A stretch of 60,660 nucleotides of DNA, counting the filler, from Basidiobolus ranarum (lineage: Eukaryota): NCBI GenBank assembly GCA_040143965.1. It is 7 parts of 7 records of this genome, joined end to end, with 100 filler letters (N's around TTAATTAATTAA, not from the genome) between each part and the next. Parts side by side here need not be neighbours in the genome. Positions count along the whole stretch, not along the records: positions 17,404 to 25,991 come from JASJQH010000952.1; positions 26,092 to 34,678 come from JASJQH010000953.1; positions 34,779 to 43,355 come from JASJQH010000954.1; 4 more parts are not named here. The stretch is one strand, 5' to 3'. This document shows, piece after piece, positions 23,515-37,149 of the stretch. The notes beneath the pieces were generated by a model, which was not told the DNA's origin, did no database searches, and was given only the letters and a program-made list of their open reading frames with translations. Made by a program: the position numbers and the translations under genes. Every line of letters starts with the position of its first letter. Positions within the stretch are counted from its first letter, which is position 1.

Positions 23515-24986
23515 ATGGTCTACAACACTAAGCCCGCCGACAGCTGGGTATGTTGAAATGAGTCTATGCATGATTTACAGAGTTGCTGTTTATTAATTAT
23601 ATTTCGTTTTGCTTCAAATAGAATACTTGTTTAAATACTACATTGGAACAAGAGGATAAGGAGATCTATGACCTTATTGAACAGGAAAAATACAGACAAT
23701 TCTCTGGTTTGGAGTTGATTGCTTCCGAGAATTTCACCTCTCAAGCTGTTATGGAGGCCAACGGTTCCTGCCTTACTAACAAGTACTCCGAAGGTCTCCC
23801 TGGCGCCCGTTACTACGGTGGTAATGAATACATTGATGAAGTTGAGAATATCTGTCGCCAGCGTGCTCTCAAGGCATTTAATTTAAATCCCGAGGAATGG
23901 GGAGTTAACGTTCAACCTTACTCAGGTAGTACTGCCAACTTTGCCGCTTTTACTGCTCTCATTCAACCCCATGATCGTATCATGGGTCTTGACTTGCCTT
24001 CAGGTGGTCATTTGACTCACGGTTACCAAACCTCAAAGAAGAAGATTTCTTCTTCTTCCATTTACTTCGAATCCATGCCCTACCAAGTCGATAATGCTAC
24101 CGGTGTTATTGATTATGATAGATTGGAGCAAAATGCTGCTCTTTTCAGACCCAAGTTGGTCATTTGTGGTGCCTCCGCTTATGCCAGAGAATGGGATTAC
24201 CCCAGATTCAGAAAAATTGCTGATCAACATGGAGCTTACCTCATGTGTGACATGGCTCATATTTCTGGTCTAGTTGCTGCTCAAGAAGCAAGTAATCCCT
24301 TCGAATACTGTGACATTGTTACCACTACTACTCATAAAACCCTCAGAGGTCCACGTGCTGGTATCATCTTCTTCCGTAAGAAGAACGATATTGAATCCCG
24401 TGTTAACCAAGCCGTCTTTCCTTCTTGCCAAGGTGGGCCTCACAACAACACCATTGCTGGTATTGCAGTCGCTCTTAAGCAAGCTGGCTCTCCTGAATTC
24501 AAGCAATATGCTAAACAAGTTCGTGCCAATGCCAGTAAATTGGCCGAAACACTTACCAACTATGGATACAAGATTGTAACCAATGGTACCGACAATCACT
24601 TGGTACTCTGGGATCTCAGACCTCAGAAATTGACTGGCTCTAAGTTAGAGAAACTTTGTGACCTTTGCCACATTACTTTGAACAAAAATGCCGTTCATGG
24701 AGATGTTTCTGCTGTCACACCTGGTGGTGTACGTATTGGTGCTTCTGCTTTGACTTCTAGAAGTTTCAAGGAGGATGATTTCGTGAAGGTTGGAGAATTC
24801 TTACACCGTGCTGTTCAAATTGCTCTTGCCGCTCAAGAGAAGGCCGGAAGTAAATTGATTAAAGACTTTGTTGTTGCCTTGGAAGGTAACGATGATTTGA
24901 AGGCTCTCCACAAGGAGGTTCAAGAATTTGCCAAATCCTTCCCCATGCCTGGTTTCGATATTGAAACCATTAAAACCGAATTCTAA
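23515..24986 (+). CDS. SHM2: Serine hydroxymethyltransferase, cytosolic; intron 23548-23621
   Basis: [30 protein letters not shown] and PLP lysine motif [11 protein letters not shown]; short first exon [11 protein letters not shown] with no mitochondrial presequence; strong codon bias. Confidence 0.97.
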
Positions 24987-26099
24987 ATTTCTTTTAAAAG
25001 AATTATCTCATCATTTCCCTCAGACAAACAATTTTTCACGGACTTTTAAAACCATACATGTCCCCAACACGACATGAAATACCTATACATGAACACCCAC
25101 CATTTTACAACTGATCAATCACATAATAAATATTCTACGCATTTTCCATACCGAAATATCTACCCCCGCGGTATATTCAACTCTCCTATGCTTTAAGGGT
25201 TTACCGAAGACACGAAGTTAATACATCAAGCTATATACTACACTAATGCTGAAGAGCGAGTGTTGAGCACGTGAAACCCCCCAAGTGCTAAATTTCTGAC
25301 AGGAGATATGGCATAGTAACTTAGGAAATTCTACTAAAAGAATTTCTAAATTCCCTCTTGTGCTCTTCAATTACAAGCTAAAAGTCCTGCGCTTGTAGTG
25401 AATAGTTCTCTCCATCCTAGATTGATTCTTTTGATGGATTTATCATGCTGTCGAATATCGTAATTGGTCAGATTAACAAGAAGGGTTGGACAGAAGATTT
25501 AAACAGTAAATTAACCAATTTAGCTTGATCAAAAATGATTTCTAGTTTAAAACTTTGATATCACAGATCCCACTCGTAGAAACTTAAGCGAAAAAAAAAG
25601 CTCTAGATTTTTTCGATGAGAGATCCTTATAGGAGAGAGCGATGCCGACTCCTTCTTTCCTCCCTCACATTTCTGCTTGGTCTTAAACCATGGTACGTTA
25701 TTTATCATACTTGTTTTAATAGAATTCACTGTCATTGTATTTGTATCAATCCCCTGGGTCAACACTCTCAAGGAATGATATGGATGCAAATATAATGGAA
25801 ATGGATGGAATACAGACGGATATGGATTCCCACTGCCGATGAAAGTCAATGAATGTTATATCTCACAAGAATTTTTTCATTTTACTAGCCTACTACCCTT
25901 CACAAGAACAGAAAGAAGCGCGGACACGTTTCAGCCGGTCACGGTCGTGTCGGTAAGCACAGAAAACATCCAGGAGGTCGTGGTTTGGCTGNNNNNNNNN
26001 NNNNNNNNNNNNNNNNNNNNNNNNNNNNNNNNNNNTTAATTAATTAANNNNNNNNNNNNNNNNNNNNNNNNNNNNNNNNNNNNNNNNNNNNGCATACAA

Positions 26100-26172
26100 G
26101 GACTGGTAGCTCAGTGGTTAGAGCACCTTGCTAGAGTGAAGGAGGCCCCAGGTTCAAATCCTGGCCAGACCA
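26100..26172 (+). pseudogene. tRNA-like sequence (pseudo-tRNA or tRNA-derived repeat), nominal anticodon AGA on a short-variable-loop body
   Basis: A box TAGCTCAGTGG, B box GGTTCAAATCC, 73-nt cloverleaf; A.A mismatch in the acceptor stem and G.G in the anticodon stem; no CpG; no T4+ terminator. Confidence 0.75.
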
Positions 26173-26269
26173 ATATTTCTCCCTAAATAATTTCAACAGT
26201 TAACATTACTTAGACAAATATCACTTAACTGAAAATCAGAACATATATTATATATACATGTGAAAAATG

Positions 26270-26500
26270 TGAGAATTAGCAATTCCATATTGGAAATTTC
26301 CAATTTGTCCAAATTGCCCCAATGATAGCTCATTTAACTCCCACAGATGTTCTGAACACAACCCCAGTGTTAGTTTTCTGTATTTCAACCAAAATGTATA
26401 AATGCTTTATTTCTGGAAAATAAATAATTTTCTCACAAAGCTATTCACAACTCCACTTTTCTAAAGTCCCTCCAAACAGCCCATATTCTCCCAATAGCAT
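26270..26500. repeat. Fragment of another LTR-like repeat, also present at about 45335-45560
   Basis: Shared ACAACCCCAGTGTTAGTTTTCTGTATTTC and AAATGCTTTATTTCTGGA blocks. Confidence 0.7.
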
Positions 26501-26557
26501 ATACTAAGATTATGTACATTGAAATATCAGATATAAACAAATATCTGCATAAGTTTT

Positions 26558-26873
26558 TGTTGCATAATTAGTCTTTATTCAACATCATAGTTAACTTTAG
26601 TTATGATACATATATCAGAAACAGAAAGCAATGTATCTATAGCCCCTATATCTAAATAGGAATATCTCTATATCTATATAACAAGTATGGCTTATTACCC
26701 CCACTTATCTATTATATCTTATTACACAAACTCCTGAATATCTCAAACAATGGATTTACTTTTCTACTATATAAGTCACCATATACTCTTAAGAATAAAG
26801 TAACTAAAACACACTATCATAAGTTGCTTCTAATACTCAAAGTCTACCCCCATTATGTCAAGATCCTCCAACA
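26558..26873 (+). repeat. Family A solo LTR
   Basis: Near-identical to 1691-2007; TGTTG...CAACA termini; flanks GTTTT/GTTAT. Confidence 0.9.
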
Positions 26874-28115
26874 GTTATGGTATCATTATGAAAATGGAAC
26901 ATATTTAGATCAGGCATTATGAAAATTTTATATAGGATAGATATCAGAATTACAGACTATGTTAGTCTCAATATGATGTAATAACTCTAATCTTACTCCA
27001 GAATGTTGACACACCACCAAGTTGCAAAAGAAAGGTAATCATCAGAATGCACTTGAAAACACTAGCCATTATATTTGAGCATTTTACTTGACAAACTTTG
27101 AAGGGTGAAAAGCAAATAGCATTTTGGAACCATCCTTGCAACATACTAAGAAGTGCTAAGATGATATTTTCATTGCAGCACACATTGAACTAAAAGGTTC
27201 AGTTAGCTTTATTTATACTTTTTCATAGCAAAGTGGCTTAGTCAGCACCAAGATAATACATGACTAATTCTGATAAAAGAGAAATATGATTAGATAGATA
27301 TATAGATAGATAAGTGAGTCATGAATCAGCTGAAGTCTTTGCAGTGGAAGATCATTGGTTATGATTTTTGTGACTCATATTGACTTGTGTCTGGGTAGAT
27401 GACTCAGGGGCTAACACTGATTGCATAATGGTCACATGATAAATTATATGATTTATTAGAAGGGATAAGACAATTGGGATATAGTCAGGTGACTTGTTAA
27501 CAATAGTGACTAACTAAATAGGTACTAGATAAGTTGATTAGAGATAGTGTAAGTAGGTTAGGCCACTTTCAGTGTTGGGGCACAATAGCAGAAGCATGTG
27601 ACTCTTCAAGAAATCTATGCCATAAGAAGCCTTGAATTGAAGTAAATCAGATATACATTGTATTATGGTTGAAGAGCTAAGAAAAAATAGACTTGTATGG
27701 GGTTTGAATTGTAGCCAAGAAATGTAGCTATATTCAAGCTATGGCAAAAAAACCAGGCCTTTAAGCACCTTTATGGCATTCAGATGAAGTTACTCTAGTC
27801 TATGAGTATACACTGATGTATTGGGCAATAGACTACATGCTTCAGTTTTTAGGTCAGTAATCAGTTTAGTTGGTTTGTGTTATAGCGAAGCAGTTGGAAA
27901 AGAAACATTAACCCATCACAATTTTATCAAAGGACATGACAATTTCACTGTATACAGAAAAGATTAAGAAAGCTAATAAATAGATCGAGTACATTGAAAA
28001 AGATGTTGAACATATTCTTGAAGTTGCAGCTTTCGTAATAGATGTTATTTCGAATGTTTAAGTGGCATGAAAGATGCCCAGGTTGCTATAATAAGTACCC
28101 TTAATTATAATGGAG

Positions 28116-29605
28116 TTAACTCTCAGAAAAAGTCAAAGAGATCTCAGGTCGATCAATTTCCGCATGATGATTGATATAACGAAGAAATTTCAAGGTGCCT
28201 TCATCCCTTAGTACTAAAGAAAGTGTATTCGATTTAGGCCATAGAGTTAAGAGATTCTCCTCTTCAGCAACATAATGAGTTGCACCTCCCCATTCTTCCT
28301 TCCATTCACTGTTGATGAAGGAAAGTACAACATCCAGGCCTTCTTTTTCTATGGTTTCATCATTGCATAATGTGTAATGACCTTTGGAGAAATTCCGGGT
28401 CTCACACTTAACTTGACGAAGATCAAGATTCGTTAGTTTCTCTAAGAATGTTCCAAATTCTTGCGATTGAAGGAAGTTTTCTAGTGATTGTAGAATAGTT
28501 GCTTTGGGAGTTCCATCGTAATCGATCCGTCTATAACGACGTGCATGAGCAGGACCGACTGGATGCGACCACGACGCCTCGGCTAAAGTCTGAAGAATTT
28601 CATCGTACACATCAGGACGTAAGAATCTTTGAAGCTCAACGCTTGATTGTTCCAAAAAGATGTTAGCTATTTGATGGCGAGCCCCTTCGTTAAGATAATC
28701 GGGATTGATCCATTGCTCAATAGACTGCTGAACTGGAGATAGGAGCTTATAATCACTGGAAATGATTTCGGATGGGGTGTCTGCAGAACCATAAAACCAA
28801 CCAGTGATAGAAATTCGATCTTTGGATGCGGTGAGAACCTCAGTGACTTCATGAAAAGATGAAGTTCCAACTTGGAAGAATGCAATAGAGTTCCACTTGG
28901 GAACAATAGAGTGTATAACTTCAGCTGGTTGATCTTTTAGATCGCTAATATTCAAAAGAAATTAACTGTCATATTAAAGGCACTTGTATATCTAGATCAA
29001 GATACATACGTAGAGTATAAGCTGAGTAACCCACCGTCCTCTTTGCACCAGTCTTCAGGGACCAAGTAAATGATGAACGCGATACGTCGACCTTCTCTCT
29101 CGTTCTGAATATCGTCATCGTGACACAACAAAAAACAATTGTCACTGTAGCGTTGTCCAGCGAGATCTACGGTTGAATTGAGGTTGAGTCCGGTGAGTTT
29201 CGCCATCAGACCAACAAATTCCGGACTGTATATAGCCTCCCGTAGGGCCGATAAATAAGGTTTCTTAGTAAGTTTCAAATCTTCGGACTGGAAGAATTCG
29301 TACAAGTCGTTGGATTTATGGTAAAATACATCACTCAATAGTTCTTTCTTTACTTCCTTTAGGAATTCCGGATCAAACACATCACTTAAAGTGCCAGCTC
29401 GAAAAGGGTAGCCGAGTGTATAGGCTTGAGATTTAGTCGGAGTATCATTGAAAGGAATTCGCTTTGTAAAACCACGATTGAAATCCCTTACGAAATCTTC
29501 CTCATGATAACGAGAGTTGAAAGCGTTTTTGATAGCTTTGGCTCTCTTGCTCAACCCTTGATCACTCGATAATGAACGTTTCTCAGAGGTGTTTGATAAG
29601 GTCAT
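28116..29605 (-). CDS. OGFOD1: 2OG-Fe(II) ribosomal prolyl hydroxylase OGFOD1/Tpa1-like; intron 28945-29009
   Basis: KSNDLYEFFQSEDL, HxD motif LLCHDD, RRIAFIIYLVP..W..EDGG, SFHEVTEV, RISITGWF; second degenerate double-stranded beta-helix domain. Confidence 0.92.
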
Positions 29606-30012
29606 ATATTTCAACTAAACTTAAGATTGTTGTTGTAAGCTGCTGCAAAACCTAACCCTATATTACTACTATAGCTAAAAGAAAATTTGACATGAATTCG
29701 GGAACATCGTGAGGATTCAAATTTATTCGTGAATAATTCCTGAAATGGTCTACAAACAATCCTAAACCAGGATCAAGAATTGTTACAGAATTCCCCGCTG
29801 CGGCAATGTTGGGTGCAAGGAAAGATGACATGAATGTTGACTGACATCGGGCATTAGTGATCAAAATTAGAATGACAGGATGGCATAGCAACATATATTC
29901 ATCAATTTTGTTAAGAAATATGGAACCGATGTGAATGAATGCTATTTGGTCAAGTGAATTAACTGAAGTATTAAAGGGTAAATTATAATAGCAATATACG
30001 AGTCTATAAAAT

Positions 30013-33000
30013 CTACTCTTCTTCCGATGTACTGCTCTCATAAGGATCGTCTGCTTGATCAACAAGTATGTCTATAATTTTCAACGTTAGAACAGATCTG
30101 CTTAGATAGACACTGAAAACATCACTTTACCATGCCACTGATTGCTCCTAAAGGTATTCAGGAAATCGTCTGCTTGAGCAACATCCATATCATTCAGACT
30201 TGCAACACTTACGTTATCATCACTCTCGTCACTATACCCCCTAAGAAAAACCAAATCAGACAGCTGACTTTGTAACTAGAATTGATACCAGAAACTTACG
30301 GGTATGGGGAGTAACACGGTGATACATCGTTGGAAGCAGTTACGGATCTTTTTCCTGGGCTTGAGCTCGGATTCTGCTGTCGTGATAAGTAAGAGGAGCC
30401 TTCATCTTCGATTATAATTTCAGGTCCAGTTACGATCGGAGTGTCTACAAGGTACGAAGTGTAAGTTCGAATGAAAGCGTGCCGCTACAAAAAAAACTGG
30501 ATTTTACCCGATGACTCCCGTGATGTTACAACACCAGTTGTCAGGTTTTGATGGCGTATTTCACGTATACGTTTCTTTTGTAAAGCGATACGTAAAAATC
30601 CCCTAAGAGTGTCCATTCGAACCTTATCAACTATCTGATCGACGCGTTCTTTGCGTTTAATATAGTCAGTAGGCCTGAAGTATATGTAAGTGTTAGTATT
30701 CGACAAAAGTCACCGTAAGAGTAGTATCTACATACAAGAAACTTTTCACAGGGTCTGTTAGTTTGTAAATGGATAATAGCAAAAGCATCTTGGTGAAGCC
30801 AATCTTTCGACCATTCGCACCTAAGTCCATAGCCTCCTATCAATAGTTAAAATAATGTTTAGGGCTTTAAGCCGTGATTGAACCGCCTTTACAACAGATC
30901 ATGTCCAACCTGATACACCAAGTTATATATTTGCTTTCTTTGACGTATTTCTGCTGGGTTCATGTTTGTCAAGCGAATATTTAATGCAGTCAAATCAGGC
31001 ATTTTAGATTGCAGTCGTTGATCCGTCAACTCGAAAACATTCTTTGATGAGCTGTTACGCAATTGTTGAGAGATCAGGTCAGACCTTTGTTGAATTCGGC
31101 AGTCACGCAGTAGTGCGGGTACTGAATATTCCTCTGGATACACTTTCACATCAAATGGCGTTGACAATTTCTAGAACATTCATTCGTTACCATCAGTTTC
31201 CAAAAAATACCAACATGAAAGGATTTACCGAAAGAAATTTGACCACGTCTTTTTGATAAATGTAGCCATTCCCGTAGATGTCGACTTCACTCCATGCCTT
31301 TTTGAAAGTAAACAAGTGTTAAGAATATAACGAGAAATGAAATCGCCTGGCAATTGAGATCATGAATTGAAAGGATATTTTCTGATGTCATCTCTCTTCA
31401 TCAACGAGTACGACGAGGCGATTTGGTAGCAATAGGAAAATCCATCCATTACCACAACAACGAAAAGATTGGCAAAAATATACATTGATATAATGTTGAA
31501 AGATATGAACAAGAAATAAGCCCAAGTTGGACTTCCACAGTCAGTCTCTAGATAGAACTTGGCAGAGCCGACGCATTGCGGAGGTTGCGTCACGAAGTCA
31601 TGCATAAAGTCATTCCATCCCTCACCAGTAGACATTCCTGAAAGGTTTAATATAGAGTTGGCGAAGTTACGGAAATTAGCATGAGCTCCTCCCTGCTCTC
31701 CCATCTTAGCTAAACTAAAGATCTCCATGAAAGCAATGGCATAAATCACGAATATGAGAAACCAAACGGCCAAAAGGTTGATTATTGTTCGCAAACTGAC
31801 TCTATTGTGGCATAATGTGTGTCAAACAAATGGTTAAAGTAATAGACTGTATGTGAAGGAGCTTACAACATGGTCCTTAAAAGTTGATGTAGGCTGTCTA
31901 CCTTTTGTACTACTTTAAATAATACAAGAGTGACAAATATCCTCAATGCAAGGCGAGAACCGTTTGGCGTGTTGAAAACAAATTTTTCAAAAAGCTGTGA
32001 GACGGTAGATATAGCCAGGCCAAAGGTAATCACAATATCAAATACATTCCATGTGTTCATCAATACCTGTACAGGAGTCGATGAGTTAATCGATGTCTAT
32101 ATATCAAATGACTACTAAACCATTTACCATTCTCACGCCTAGCCCCAAACACTTGACTCCAATCTCAATCATGTAGCCCAAGAAAACTAAACCAAATAGG
32201 ATATCTTCACGAGATATGTTAGAGCATGATAGTAACTCTTGAATATGATAAGCAGCGTATACCTTTTGCAGTATTTACAGCTTCAGGTTGTCCGTGGTAT
32301 TGAGTAACTAGTAATAAAGCATCAAATATCGTGATGCCAACTACAAATCTGGATAAAAATCCATCTTTTTCGATGGCCTTTTCGTAACACCATTTTCGAA
32401 TAGTATCACTTGGAGGAATGGTTGGACGAATAGAGGGCTTAATTTGTTTCAACTGGTTTTTCATATCAATCCATCTTCTCTGTTCAGCGGTAAGAAAGGC
32501 GGTTCCATTACGAGTGTTGAAATTCTCAATAATTACAGCCACGAACAGAGTCAGCACAAATACAGCTCCTACCATATTATATAGCATGAAGAATATGGCG
32601 TTATACCAGGAGTAGTGGCTCTCAGGCTGAATGTTGAATCCTTTAATCTTCATTGTTGTAAGCATCACATTAACCCAGCCCTCGTTAGAAAGAATCTCAA
32701 ATAAAATCAATAATGAAGACCGGAAACTATCGAAATTGAAGTTATTTGGATTGGACCATACACGCGGCTTCCATATGTTCATATTTGAGTCTAAAAACAT
32801 TCCCTTACAGTCAGCTTGCGTCAAGATGTTCTGACCGGTATCATTACAGCTATACATAAGTCCAGCGAAGATGTTTAAGCCATATATAGAGAAGGGTAAA
32901 ACGAAGCAAAGAGAAAGCAGCGCTGCATTGACAATCCGAGGAAATCCGGAGTACAGTGTTCCATAGAACACTTCTCTAACAGTGGTAAAGTAACTAGCGA

Positions 33001-34678
33001 TTCTAAGAGCCCTAAATCCTTTAGCTGCTCTTAATGTCCTTGGTATCCCTGTAGGCTCCTTTGGGTTAATAACCAGAGTGATGTACAGAGTGATCAGAAC
33101 TGAGAAATCAACTCGGTTCCATACACTTTGACAATAGGCTCTAGGTGTAAACAGAAATCCATCGGCTATAACTCGAATCAAGAACTCAATAGTAAATATT
33201 ACCGTTATGATAATATCCACAATAAGGAACATATCAATATCTCGGTGAGTGAGTGGAATAACCTCTAGTGATCCAAACTTCTTGAGTAGCCTCTCACGCT
33301 GTGCAAACGGAGTATTTATTGCTGCAAATACGACACTCACGATAACACACACAAGAATAAATCCATTGAATAAATGGCTCAACTTGAAATGAGTAAAAGA
33401 GAAGTCTTCGATCGAAGGATCCGAATCACCCACTAGCATCTTGCAGAATCTTCGAATTGGATTATTTCTCTTGAATATGAATAGTGATGTATCGTAAGTA
33501 GGATGTGCTGTCATGAAGTCATTAAGGATCGCTTCACGTTCGTTAAATTGCTCGTCATTGATATCCTTATTGTAATTAGACCACTCCAAATTCGTATCCT
33601 CTCTAATCTCAGTTCCAAAAGTACCATTCCTAGCATCTCTATCCACGGATTCTTTATCTTCCAGTTTAAAGAATCTACGGATGCGTGAGACAAATCCTTT
33701 AGGCTTAGGTTTCCTGGAAGGATTTTTGCTCGCCTACAAATCATCAGTTATTTATACCTCGAAATGCTACCAGAATATAAAGATCTTTTACTTTTGTGTT
33801 AGATTCCTGCAAGAATTCACGAGCGGTTCGTTTTTGAACAGGCAGAATAAGATTTGAAGGGATATTAGGTACCTCAAGTGCCTTAGGACTTGGCTTGAGA
33901 TAGCGATAGGGATTCCATTTGCTAGGGATATTGGTAAATAATTGTGATAAGAGAATTCCATTCCTCTTGATTTACCTGATATCTGTTTGATTTTCCAGTT
34001 GTCTTGTTTCAATTCCTTTGATAGTTTCTTCAAGTTGAAGCCTCCGCTTTTCCTCTTCATCCATCTCAAAATTCTCCACCATAACAGCTACTAGCATGTT
34101 GAGTAGAATGACTGCAAGCGGAAAAGTACATATTAGAGAACACTCGAATAAACACAGTATGGAGATAGCTTACAGTTGGAGAAACAGAAAAAGAGTAAGA
34201 TGAAAATCGACGAGAAGACTGCCATATCATACTCTCGTTGAAGTCCAGTTAAACCAAATAAGATATCGGTCCAGTTATCACCAGAAAATATCTTATGTTC
34301 AAAACATGTGATCAGATCAATGATGAAGTAATGGCATCGAGTGCAGAGAAGTAAATACCTGGAAGAGAGCCAGAAAACTTGCAGCAAAGTTATCAAAGCT
34401 CATGTCCATATTATCACTAGATTTTATTTGCCCGCCAAAAAGTTGCATTGCCTGGTGTATTTTGAAGTAATTAGCAACAACCTGTAATCTCTACTAGAAG
34501 ATGTAACACTCACCACAGTAGCACTAACTCCGATACACATTAAAATAAAGAGGAACAGATTCACCATACCAACGACACTACCAACTGTACGACTCTAATT
34601 AGAAGTAAATGGTTATTGTAGATCAGTGGGCCATATAGTTCCAAGTATACACACAATTAATTTTCGAAGACGAGGTAT
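30013..34678 (-). CDS. CCH1: High-affinity Ca2+ channel Cch1 (four-repeat voltage-gated channel family), repeats II-IV and C-terminus; 5' part beyond the contig end
   Basis: Pore loops FSGDNW, LSNEGWV and STGEGWN; S4 RTLRAAKGFRALR; III-IV linker GTAFLTAEQRRWID; many GT-AG introns; stop after DPYESSTSEEE. Confidence 0.92.
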
Positions 34679-34778
34679 NNNNNNNNNNNNNNNNNNNNNN
34701 NNNNNNNNNNNNNNNNNNNNNNTTAATTAATTAANNNNNNNNNNNNNNNNNNNNNNNNNNNNNNNNNNNNNNNNNNNN

Positions 34779-34894
34779 TCTATCAATTAGAGCAATAAAC
34801 ACATGTTTTTGAATAACAGAATTGAGTGCTAAATAATCAGAAGATGAATAAACTAACTACTAAATAATGAGTTGCTATTTACCTAATTTCAACA
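34779..34894 (-). repeat. Copia family C LTR, 5' part, at contig start
   Basis: Reverse complement of TGTTGAAATTAGGTAAATAGCAACTC, matching the LTRs at 35206 and 41224. Confidence 0.85.
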
Positions 34895-35561
34895 GTCAAT
34901 TCATGGTTGGTAGTTTAATGTATACAATGGTTGGAACACATCCAGACATTGCTGGGGCAGTACAATCTATCAGCCAAAATCCTATTAGCTAAAAGCCATA
35001 CATTTTATTCAAGAACAAAACACATAGGAAGCTGGCATCATTTTGTTAGAGAAGCATTAGAGAATGAAATAGTTGAGCTTCTCTACTACTCTACTGAAGA
35101 AACCATTGCAGACATCTTAACTAAGCTTTTAGCTAAAACACAATTTAAATTATTAAGCTATAAGTTAGGTTTGAGAGAAATATGAAATAATGATTTGAGT
35201 GGGAATGTTGAAACTAGGCTAATAGCACCTCATTATTTAGTACTTAGTTTATTCATATTCTGATTGTTTGGCACTCAATTCTACCATTCAAAGACATGTG
35301 TTTAAAGCACTAATTGATAGAGATATCAATTAGATCACTCTTACTAATTTTCACTACTTTCTAAAAACTTCTCCAAACCATCTCAAATTTTCACCCGTTC
35401 TTAACAGGCATCTTTGTTACAATTTAAGCATATGCAATAGCCCTATTCCATAGTAAACTATAGATAGGACATATTCAATTCAATACAACTGAAGTGTCTG
35501 GTTCACAAATTTGAATCTTGTCTAATATACTCCCTAATCCCCTAACTACTATTTATCAGTA
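34895..35561 (+). mobile_element. Heavily deleted family C 3' end (RT/RNase H fragments, PPT, LTR 35206-35561)
   Basis: RTKHI..HHFVRE..IADILTK; TTGAGTGGGAA then TGTTGAAA. Confidence 0.85.
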
Positions 35562-37149
35562 ATCAGCACAAAGAATAAGAGTAGCAAGGGGTGCAAATGG
35601 TGGAAAATACTGCTCCACACACTCTGCCAATCTATGTCCAGAATATGTTATCCAGCAACAAACTACAGTACTCTATACTTCACAGCAAAATGGAGGCGCA
35701 GAACATGCTAATAGGACTATAGTACAAATGGCATGATCGATGTTATGTGATAAAAAGTTTGATTACCAATATTGGGCTTATTTTGTCTCCTCTGCAGTCA
35801 GTATCAAATATAGAGACCCAAAAAACTGCTTCGGACCATACTCCATTTGACAGCCTATATGGATCAAACCCAGGTGTGTATGATATCACAAGCTTTGGTT
35901 GCACAGCCTGTGTCTTAATTAAAGCTCTAAAATGCACTAATTTGCAACCCAAAAGCAGAAAATGAATATCTCTTGGTCACTGGGAATGTTCTAAAGTCTA
36001 AAGACTGCTTTATACCAAAGATCACAATTTAAACAGGTGCAGAGAAGTGATTTTTGAGCATAAGCAAATTTTTCACCTCAAATCATAGTTGTTGATCCAG
36101 TAATCACAATCAGCACTATTCAGGAAGTGTCTGACAGAAATCCAGCAGTATCTGAGCCCAATTAAACCATAATTCCAGCCCCAATTTAACCAGAGATTGA
36201 TTGAGGACTTATAAGATTATACAGAGGGAGAAAAAAACAAAAAACTATTGAAACACTTTCAATGACAATATCTATGCTTATGTGGCACTCTATGACTGGA
36301 AACAGACTCTACATCAAGCTTTGGAGTGTTAGAGTTAAAGTTATGGGAAAAAGCATTTTCTAAAATACGTTTTCTTCACTTTAGGACCATCATACATGGG
36401 TTTTAAGTGCTCTTCCATCAAGATGAGTGCCAATTAGTTGCAACTGGGCTTAAGGAGTCAGAAAATGGGCTAATGAAACTACAGAATGGTACAAAGCAGA
36501 ATTAGTGATCTCTATGGAGCTGCTAGAGGGATTTGGTGACTCAAAACACACTGTTAGGTCTGTAAAATGCAAATATTGTATACAGACTCAAGTAAGCACC
36601 CAGGCCATGCTTCAACAAGTTATATAACTATTTAGAATCACTGGAACTCTGCAAATGGACATCAGACCACAGCATTCACATCAAAACAACCTGGAATAGG
36701 ATCCTTAACATGGCACTTCATGTGTATAACTAGATAATAGCCACAAGTGCTTAAGAGCATTTTAGCAGACAAAAAGAAGCTGATCAAACCAATTTTACAT
36801 GACTAATATGGGTTGATTAAGTTATATGCTTGGAATCCAAATCATCTAGTATAAACCCACTCCAAAAATCATCCTGAATTGGTTTGCATACATGTTAGAC
36901 ATTCTAAAACACTTCAATCTGGAGAAAAACAAGCTTGTATTAACACTAATGGATTCCATTGTGAACCTAATTAAATTTCATCTGATGTGGTCCAAAATAA
37001 GTTGAATCAAATCCTGGAGTTCTCTTATGGTGGAAGTTTAATGTATAGAATAGGTGGAACACATCCAGGCATTCCTGTAGCAGTGAGTACTGTCATCTAA
37101 TATCTCAAAATTGCAGGATCTGACAACAAAACAGCAGTAAATCAATATT

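Noticed and set aside
24033-24599. Antisense and alternate-frame ORFs within SHMT
   Set aside because: Expected by-product of strong codon bias in a highly expressed gene
26100-26172. Functional tRNA-Ser(AGA)
   Set aside because: No long variable arm, mismatches in two stems, no terminator, and CpG erosion typical of the repeats
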